The notes beneath the pieces are model-generated. The model was not told where the DNA came from. It searched no databases and saw nothing but the letters and a program-made list of their open reading frames with translations. DNA of 63,819 nt, counting the filler, from Bigelowiella natans CCMP2755 (Eukaryota; Protista; Cercozoa): NCBI GenBank assembly GCA_000320545.1. It is 6 parts of 6 records of this genome, joined end to end, with 100 filler letters (N's around TTAATTAATTAA, not from the genome) between each part and the next. Parts side by side here need not be neighbours in the genome. Positions count along the whole stretch, not along the records: positions 41,360 to 59,889 come from ADNK01001899.1; positions 59,990 to 63,819 come from ADNK01000299.1; 4 more parts are not named here. One strand, 5' to 3'. Both the position numbers and the translations under genes were made by a program. Below, piece by piece: positions 55,591-63,819 of the stretch; positions within the stretch are counted from its first letter, which is position 1; each line of letters opens with the position of its first letter.

Positions 55591-57036
55591 TCATTCATAT
55601 AGAGAAATAGTAATTCGCAAAAGTAATTCGCAAATCAACCCTTGACGATGGATGTTGTTTTGCCAAAGTACGGTTTAAGACTCTTGGTCTTGTCTTTCCC
55701 CTTTGCATCGAGGTTCGCCTCCACGCGGAACTTAGCCGTCCCAGGAGCACTGCAAGGAACAACGTCATGGAAGTCAGATCTCTAACCGCCGCGTATCCGG
55801 CATGCCGTGAGATGTGTACGCGCGCGTGTGCTTATTTGTTTCTGTTCGGGCCCATATTTTGTTCGTTTGAGCATTCACTCTATCGCCAGGATAGAAACAC
55901 ATTGGAAAAACAGAGCCAGAACGGAAGAAAAATTCCAGCCGTTGTCCCGGCGCAGCCCCGCACACGCCGCGTTCCGAGAGCAGTGAGCACAAAAAATGAG
56001 CGCTTCGGAAGGAAAATGGTTGGACCACCCATAGGAGCTCTGGCCGGTCTTGACGTTGAAGAAGTACTTTTTCCCTTTCCTCGGATCGTGGTACACCTAC
56101 ATACAATACGCGTCATGGTAATCTATATTTGCTATAATTGAGCGGGGGCAGCTTGGCAGGTCTTAGCAGGAGAGGAGACGATTTGCAGGGCGCCTCAAAT
56201 CGAAACCCACAACGAGCGTTTGTCTTTCCCCATAAATACTCAAGATAGCGGGCGGGGAGGTAGACAGGCACAAACTGAGCAAAAGCCTCAATTGGCTTTT
56301 GTCTCGTGTTCGCGAAAGTCCTTTACGATCTTGCTTTCGCCTTTTTCATTCATTCATTCATTGCATATTAACCGCACAACCTTCCAATCTTCGGCATCGG
56401 AGACTTTCCGGCGCAAGCTCCACTCGATTGCCTTTTATGTTGTCGTTTCAATCACACAAACACACACACACACACACACACACACGCACGCACGCACACA
56501 AACAATAAACGATGCTAGAATCACATCGCATGGAAGGCAGCACACAATTTGCATCTCGCAGTCGCGTATGCACACGCCATGCGGATTGCTCCGACCTTGC
56601 TGATATCCCCATTGCAAGCGGCCAAGCTGGCCACCGCGAGAGCCTTCGAGAATCCGTACCTATTGCGAAGAGAAGAGAATCCATACCAAGGAGAGTCTTT
56701 CAAAAAGGAACTAATTGAGAGGACTTCTGCTTCACAATGCTATTAGTGACTGCTCTCTGCTCTCTTAATTTAACTCCGCTTTCCAGGGATAGAAATCGCT
56801 GCTGCTGCTGCTGCTGCTGCTTACTCTGTTATCGCGTCCACGTTCTTGCTGGTCCCTGATCGAGCACACATGGAGGAGTAAACAGGAGCACCACGAGGGA
56901 TATGTGTGTGTATGTGTATGCGTGTGTTTGAGCCTGTGGGACGACCGTTGGCTCGTTTGCCGGCGACTTTGGTGGGTGAGGTACCAGAGGCTATGATCTG
57001 ATAAACACACACACGCACACATACACGCACACACAC

Positions 57037-57084
<48 letters not shown>

Positions 57085-58041
57085 GTGTCCTCGTATCTAT
57101 CTGTCCGCAGCCTCTCCCCCAAATATACAATTCTGAGAATGCCTATGCTTCTTGCGCGTCGCTGTTTCCCGTAATCTACTAGGCATGCATGTGAAGGGGG
57201 CGAGGAGCCCAGGAGGCCTACCACAATATGCACGCTGCTGCTATCGTTCTTCTTGAACCCCAAATCTGTGAGTTTCGCGGCATCCTTCTCTAAAATCTGC
57301 GCGGGAGAAAGCAGGTCATTGGCAAATCGATGACAAGCTGCGTGTACCCTCCAGTCTTATCTGCCCCCCCCCTGTGCACGCAATGCGTGGCAGCATGAAT
57401 GTGTACCGACCGTGCCTTCTTTCACGCATTGGTACTTGAAGCCGCGCGGCAAGTTCTTCTTCAAATCCGCCAATGTGTTGGCGGTGGTGAGGTTGAAGGT
57501 GACCTGATGATAGCGTCCGCAGCGAAACGAAACAACGCTTTGAGGGAGGGAGAACAACCCGACTCTATGAAAGTCGCAGCGAGCGCTCGAATCCGAAAGC
57601 TACTCTGCGCTCTTGGATTTGTGAGTGAAATCGGAGCGGGGGGGAGGGGGAGGGGGGACTATTTACTTCTTACCACTTGATGGTTGGGGTGGGGAAATTT
57701 AACTGGCTTGTTGTCCATATTGTAGATGTAAAGCAGATTCATCCGAAGCTGCCATATTGCGAACGAATCAAATAGCAGAGGGTATGCATTCCGTGAGCAC
57801 AAAGGAAATGGGGGGGTGGGCTTGGGGGAGGGGGAAGGGGAGATGGGGAAAAGGACAGCGTCTGATTTTAGGAATGTGCATGATGAAAAGCCGCCGGGGT
57901 GCTCGTTCGTATTGCATTTTTGTGTTCTTTCTAGTATCATTTAAGCATCTCCACTTCCGACTACTCCCCTCCGCCCCCACTCCTTGCGTGTCTTCCTGCT
58001 CTCTCTTCCCTTCTTCTGCACGATTCGTCATTTCCCTCTCA

Positions 58042-58087
<46 letters not shown>

Positions 58088-58247
58088 GTCTCTATCTCTC
58101 TCTCGCGGTGTGTGTGCGTGTTGTTGTTTGTGTTGTGAGCGACCCTTTCAGGCATCTTAGGAAGCTTGCCGCCAGTTTCGGCATTGTTTATGTGCCTGGG
58201 TGTTCGCGTTTATGCACACATAATATAACGATAGCGCGAATACAGCA

Positions 58248-58285
<38 letters not shown>

Positions 58286-58291
58286 AATATA

Positions 58292-58327
<36 letters not shown>

Positions 58328-58599
58328 GCATGCTTCATACGTGTATACGAAATAGGGGTGTTTTTATATACGAGAACAATTACTAAAGTATATGCAACGT
58401 CCTTCGTGTGGAAGGGGGGTGGCACCTTGGTACATTGGCCACGAATCTGCCGGTGTAGTTCCCAGGGGGAGAGTAATGTGCGACTACGTAAGTGCCTGTT
58501 CGCGGTAAGGAGAGGAGGAGAGAATGAGCGGCCGCCGACGATCATATTGACGTGTTATATCTTCATTTACGAATGTACGTATATATATAATATAATATT

Positions 58600-58635
<36 letters not shown>

Positions 58636-58892
58636 ATATCTGTGTGTGCTGTATATGTATGCGCGTGTGGTGAGGGTGTAGCATGGCTGCGCTCGGATTA
58701 ATATAGCAGGTCTTCAATGTGAACACGTTTTCTCCTGAGAAGATTCTGATAACCTCTCTTGCCTTTAGCGACCGCACAAGCAACGTGCGTGCTCGATTTC
58801 CAGACGACTTGTGTGAAGTGGCCAGTACCGGACGAGAACCCAGGCTTGTCGTAGTTATATCCGGGCCTGCACAGGGTGATAACAACATATTT

Positions 58893-58935
<43 letters not shown>

Positions 58936-59682
58936 GAGCAAGGACAGAGGGCGATTGTAGACGCATGAGAGCGATTGGAAGTCAAAAATTGCAATGCATG
59001 TTGTAGGCAGATTCACTTGGGGCTTACTTGAAAAGCTCGTCGTACCACATGCGAATTGCCGCTTCAATGCTCAGGTCTCTGAAGATGGGGGATAGGTACA
59101 TGTTAAGCGGAGGCCATATGTGCGCGCGCATATCGAGCACAAAGAATAAACAAGGAGTACTACCCGCTACACCAGGCCAGGTTTTGGCCCATGCCTGTGG
59201 TCGGAATCATACCAATAATATAAACATCAAACGCTCGTAATGATATACGATATATACTTCTGTTAGCGGCAAAGGAAAAAAATTTGAACGTTTCAACGAT
59301 TCCACCTCTTCTGAAATATGCACGAAGTCGAAAATGAATGGGTTATACGCTCGCGCACACATCCAAAAACCGCTTTTGGTCACAGACCACCAGCCAGTTT
59401 ATCACAACAGTCGCGGCTCATTCAATAGTGGGTGCGCGTGAAGTGTAAAGCATTGCCTTTATGGCCTCCATGGTACATCTTTCCCTCCCTTGCCAGCCTA
59501 TCCGCCCAAGTCTGTCGTTGTGCGTTAAGATGTAGCACGTTCTTCTCACGAGAAAAAAAGCAAGGATTCGAAATGGCCATTCAGCACATGCTGGCAGGTG
59601 GCACTACCTTGGCCGTTTTATAGCACTTTGCATCCCATTTCATTGCAGGAACGCCATGGTAAGCCCGGTACTTATTATGAAC
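49548..59682 (-). CDS. Multidomain protein: CAP/SCP - ubiquitin-like - UBA - WW - transglutaminase-like (KY/CYK3/hillarin-type) - Ig-like C-terminus; 5'-truncated. Could be two adjacent genes
   Basis: CAP: VHNKYRAYHGVPAMKWD, MGQNLAW, MWYDE, TGHFTQVVWKSS, YVVAHYSPPGN. Ubl-like: TLADLKK...GTILEKDAAKLTDLGFKKND. UBA: YGFSKALAVASLAACNGDISKAIEWSL. WW: DWKVYHDPRKGKKYFFNVKTGQSSY. TGc: RAIFRWITNNIAY, GVCAGYANLF, GGYSKG, DHAWT, LIDSCW, NEHYFLPEP, DHYP. Tail: GDYEFELFAK...YEWNVV*. Confidence 0.8.
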
Positions 59683-59889
59683 CTGAGCGCATATGCGTCA
59701 GTGTGCGAACACGGCTGCGAGGCTGCCAATGTAGAAACGAGAATAAATAACCAAACTCTCTCTCCCCCACGCCGATGCTGCCCGAAAGCGCTTATAATCG
59801 GGAGAATGCGTGAGTGCGTTGGGGTTTGAAGGGGAGGGAGGGGGGGGGGGTTGAATCGCGAGTTACTGTTTGTATTGTCGCAACTAACA

Positions 59890-59989
59890 NNNNNNNNNNN
59901 NNNNNNNNNNNNNNNNNNNNNNNNNNNNNNNNNTTAATTAATTAANNNNNNNNNNNNNNNNNNNNNNNNNNNNNNNNNNNNNNNNNNNN
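59890..59989. other. Artificial contig spacer
   Basis: 44N-TTAATTAATTAA-44N. Confidence 0.97.
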
Positions 59990-60147
59990 TCAGTAGTAGT
60001 TAGCCATTCCATCCATTCCATCAGAATGCGGGTGCTTCCCTCTGCCTGTCTGCTGAGCTTCTTGACTTTTCTCGTGAAATAATCTGATAAAGTCGTCGTC
60101 GTGATGCAATGATTTGGCTTTCTCTTTTCCCTACCTGTTACCGGTCT

Positions 60148-60179
<32 letters not shown>

Positions 60180-60242
60180 TTCTTCTTTGATTGCTTCGTC
60201 CACCGCTACTGGCGTTAAATTTTGTTATTATACTGTGGTCAG

Positions 60243-61057
60243 GGCGTGTGGGGTGTGGATGACTATAACTTCTTGCCATTGCTGTGGGGCGCCGCGCAAC
60301 ACTCGAGCGAACGATCGCAGGCACAGAATCAGCTCTCGAAGTTGCAGCAGGTGTAGTAAGTAGGGGGGGGGGGGAGTATACAGTAGTCGTGGTAATTTCA
60401 TAGTAACAATTGCGGTAGTGGCAGTATTAGTGGTGGTGGTGGTAGAAGAAGAGTTGGATGGGGATGGTCGATGTCGATAGTAGTCGTGATGATAATCATG
60501 ACGATGATTAGAAATAGGAAGGCACGCATTCACTTTCTACTTCTTTTTTCCTGCTGCGATTCTGCCACGAGGAAAAGCTCCCGCAGCAGGCGAAACCATC
60601 ATCACCATCCCCTCCTTACACCCCAGCCTGCCATATCGGTTGTCTTCCTCTTCCTTCGTGTCTGTCTCTAGGTGGGGCCTAATTCAATTCATTTGCGCAC
60701 GTCGTCGCAGGGAGAAGACCTCAAGACGGAATCGATGTACTACTTTCGCCGCAGCAGCTAAATTATGCGAGAAGCTACGAGTAGCAGGCGTAAGCATGTT
60801 AACTTTTCCCTCTTTTCGCCTCCTCCCTCTCCTCGCCTCTCCTTGCCCTTTTAATATGCAGGTACTTCCAAGCCGTGTCGTTCGTGTGCAAGGTCAAGAC
60901 CGGCGCGCTCGCGGAGCACAGCCCCATTCTCAACGACATCAGCGCCGTACCGACGTGGAAGAAAGTCAATAAAGGCCTTGTCAAAATGTAGATAATAACA
61001 ACAGACCAACGAAAAGAAAATGGAATAGGAGCGCGATGACGATGATGATGCCAACGA

Positions 61058-61099
<42 letters not shown>

Positions 61100-61329
61100 T
61101 GTGTATATAATAAAATATATTGCATTCATAATTTTTTTGCGCTACATGCGCTGTATTCCTGACTACTGTTCATGAGACTCTCTTGGAAACACACATATTA
61201 TGGACAGTGAAGAGTCATTACGATCATCCAAACGATATTAGGTACATCGGAGAGGTCCTCTCTAAGTTTCCTGTGATGCAACATTTCTTCTTTGGCAGCA
61301 TTCTCACGCTGGAAAAAGTAGTCTTCTAA
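60243..61329 (+). CDS. PTPA: PP2A phosphatase activator (PTPA/RRD), 3' part
   Basis: GVWGVDDYNFLPLLWGAAQ ... YFQAVSFVCKVKTGALAEHSPILNDISAVPTWKKVNKGLVKM|YIGEVLSKFPVMQHFFFGSIL. Confidence 0.93.
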
Positions 61330-61800
61330 TCCCATCCCCTCCACACACACACACACACACACTCACGAGCACCATGGTGTAAATTGAGAGTCGTGTGCGT
61401 AGAAAGGGAAAGGGAGAGACAAGCAGCATACATTCTACAGGAAAATAAGGTTAAGAAGCATTTTTCCTCTCTATCCAGGCGCCATTTAAACCAGGCTTGG
61501 ATAAATCTCGACGATTGGCCTAACTAGCTAATGATGAGATTCTTCATCTTGTCAGCCTGCTTCAGCTTGGCTAGCATAGCAGGTCAACAATTGAACAAGT
61601 CGATCTGTCGCAGCACCGGTCGTCGTCTCAACGCACTCCACTAGTCCGCCATGATGTGGCCACATGCTCGTCGCACAAATTGAAGCAGGTACAGTTGGCA
61701 CAGCAGTGTCATCATTGTGCGCTTCGTCGCATCGCGTGACTTGCAGCACACCTGCTAGCCTGCTACGCACGCACATGCACGTGCCGTGCACCCCGGCACC

Positions 61801-63005
61801 GTCCAGCTAGCTAGCCGTGCACAAAAGCAGTGCTGGCAGAGTGGCGTGGGCGCGTGCAATGCACTGTGCGGTGTTGATGCATGAGAAGTGCAGAACACGG
61901 CCAACGAAGTGAGTCACCCTTCGTTTGAACGCAGCGATGTCAAACTCGCAAGAGGATTGTGTGCTGCAGCCGAGGCACACTGCGCAACCTGCAACACAAT
62001 TGAAGACAAGGACCGCCAGACCGTTCGTTGTTGTTGTTGTTTCCACTTCACGTCACGCACACCAACGCCGGTGTGTGCTTGTGCTGGTGTGCATCGTGCG
62101 TGCATGTCACACTCTGGCATTGCACGTCTGTCACAAGCACACCTCGCAAACTCACGGAATGTCTCGTGTGCTGCACGCTCAACAACGTCGATCCACTCGT
62201 TTCGACCTTGCTGGCTTGCACCACCAGCACGCACACAGTGATCGAAGATCTTCGTCACGCGTGCACAAACAACAAGTTTCTTCCACGCACACTGGCTAGC
62301 TGGCACAAGCTGTGCATTGCAATGTTGTTCGTCCCATCGTGCAATGCGCTGTTGAAACCGCCCGATGAACGTGTGCACTCAATTGGGTCGTGCACGACCC
62401 TGCGCGTGCGTGCGTGCACCACTTGGGAAGGGCACGCTGGCACGGTTTGGCGAAGTGGTTGCACAATGCCAAACACGTCTCAACAAAGCCGTGTCTTCGC
62501 ACTCGGATGACCTCCTCCGGCAGGAGCAGTTGAACAAGGTTGCTCAACTCCTTGTCCAGTCTAGCAGTGCCACGCCAGCACGCGGCTCCATCGTTCCAGC
62601 GTTCAGCACCTCGGTTTCAACAACACCTCGGTCACCCTTTCGGGGAAACATCGCAAAGAAGATGACAGCAAACGTTGCAAAACATCCTCGTTGACGATGA
62701 CTTTCGTGGTTGTGGAAAAACTCCTTGAGCTTCACCATCGCACGTGTTCTTCACCTTGCCCATCAACTCCTTGCATGTGGACAACTTTGTGGCCCGAACC
62801 CGCTTCAACTCAGCAGCCACAAGCTTCACGCATTGCTGAAGATTCTCAACGATGCTGTCCACCGTCTGGACTTCATCACACGTGTGGCAAAACTTGTCCA
62901 CCAGACCGATCAGGCCGATCAGTGATGACAGCATTGACCACCACTCGCACTTGGCTCTCAATCTCGAAACAATGCAACTTCATCTCAGAGAGTCTCCAGA
63001 GAGAC
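61801..63005 (-). pseudogene. TpA-erased decayed coding sequence of unknown origin
   Basis: 4 TpA in ~1200 nt, all in CTAG. Minus-strand fragments look protein-like but contain no Tyr and an excess of Cys/His (DKFCHTCDEVQTVDSIVENLQQCVKL, RRHGFVETCLALCNHFAK). Confidence 0.65.
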
Positions 63006-63587
63006 TAACTACATTTTCAAGCACAGTATATATAATACATATAATATATATGATAATGCGAAGCATCATTGCATCATTAATATATTTATATGGCAGTATC
63101 TTATATAACATCTCTAGCTAGAGCTGCATGCAAAGTTCCGTAAATTTGCGTAAATATACAACATATGCACATGAACTGATTATTCATAGTTGCATGCCAA
63201 TTGCCACGGATTTTTTAGGGTGAAATTGTCAATTTGCAGCAGCCGTGCACCGCCACATGCTACTGATGCTGGGATTCGTTCTTCTAGTCTTATTTGATAG
63301 GATGATGGTTGGTGGTGGTGAAGGTGATGAGATTCGCGCCGCTACTTAAGGCAGGAAATCGGGTGTTTGTGTTTGCGAATTTCTCTTATATACTTGTTGG
63401 CCATTTTTCTGGGTCTTCCCCCTGCTTTACTGCTTCTTCCATATACTTCAACTGATACGTACTACTATGGCTATCTAGTACTGCAGCTCATACTTTAACG
63501 AAAATAACAAAAATAGCCCTACTACTACTGCTACAGCAATTACTATTATTTCCCCATTGCTAGTGTTAAAAGCTTCTTAAAATTTTT

Positions 63588-63713
63588 CTATTTACAACAC
63601 TTCCTGCCCCCCCCGGTCTTGACGTGCTTCAACTTGACACGGCCAGCATCTCTTTTCTTCTCGGAAGTACTTCCCCTGGTCTCAATCAACTTTTCGCCCA
63701 GTCTATTGAAAGC
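63588..63713 (-). CDS. Last exon of a Rab-family small GTPase
   Basis: cag|AFNRLGEKLIETRGSTSEKKRDAGRVKLKHVKTGGGRKCCK*: an alpha5-like AF..L helix, a hypervariable tail and a CCx prenylation motif. Confidence 0.6.
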   Translation of the reverse strand, partial: AFNRLGEKLIETRGSTSEKKRDAGRVKLKHVKTGGGRKCCK

Positions 63714-63819
63714 CTGAAGAGGAGAATGAACGCGTGAGCACGGGAATACGACGTGTGAGGGACATGTACGTACTGAAGTTTCTCATGAGATTTATTGCCC
63801 TATGAACTCCCCCCCCCCC

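Larger units (their letters stand above)
1..63819. repeat. Pervasive microsatellites ((TA)n, (CA)n, (GA)n, (TAG)n, (TCA)n, (CAG)n, (GAA)n) in introns and exons
   Basis: Directly visible throughout; these generate most of the short ORFs in the supplied track. Confidence 0.95.

Noticed and set aside
61801-63005. CpG-methylation decay or classical RIP as the cause of the TG/CA excess
   Set aside because: CpG is abundant and TpA is depleted, the reverse of what those processes produce.

Overview
This is eukaryotic nuclear DNA, intron-dense and very microsatellite-rich. It is six unrelated contigs joined by artificial 100-bp spacers (44 N + TTAATTAATTAA + 44 N) at 5433, 16153, 31321, 41260 and 59890. 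A cyanobacterial-type FAD oxidoreductase and a bacterivory-related lipase suggest a mixotrophic alga or protist, possibly a chlorarachniophyte; that is inference only. Genes were rebuilt by hand from GT-AG exon chains: a DUF5672 protein, eIF3g, a PAN/Apple + PS/PT-repeat membrane protein, an MFS sugar porter, an FAD amine-oxidase/desaturase-like enzyme, a divergent ATE1 beside a telomere-like array, AOAH, a GH32-like glycosidase, a second MFS transporter, a CAP-Ubl-UBA-WW-transglutaminase-like multidomain gene, PTPA and the last exon of a Rab GTPase. The most striking signal is non-genic. Several ~1-kb intergenic tracts have lost nearly all TpA dinucleotides except in CTAG, while CpG stays abundant and nearby introns are full of (TA)n. 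A decayed ORF in one tract has Cys/His where Tyr would be expected. This points to a targeted TA->TG/CA hypermutation process, the opposite polarity to fungal RIP. Exon boundaries are manual and approximate, and no searches were run.
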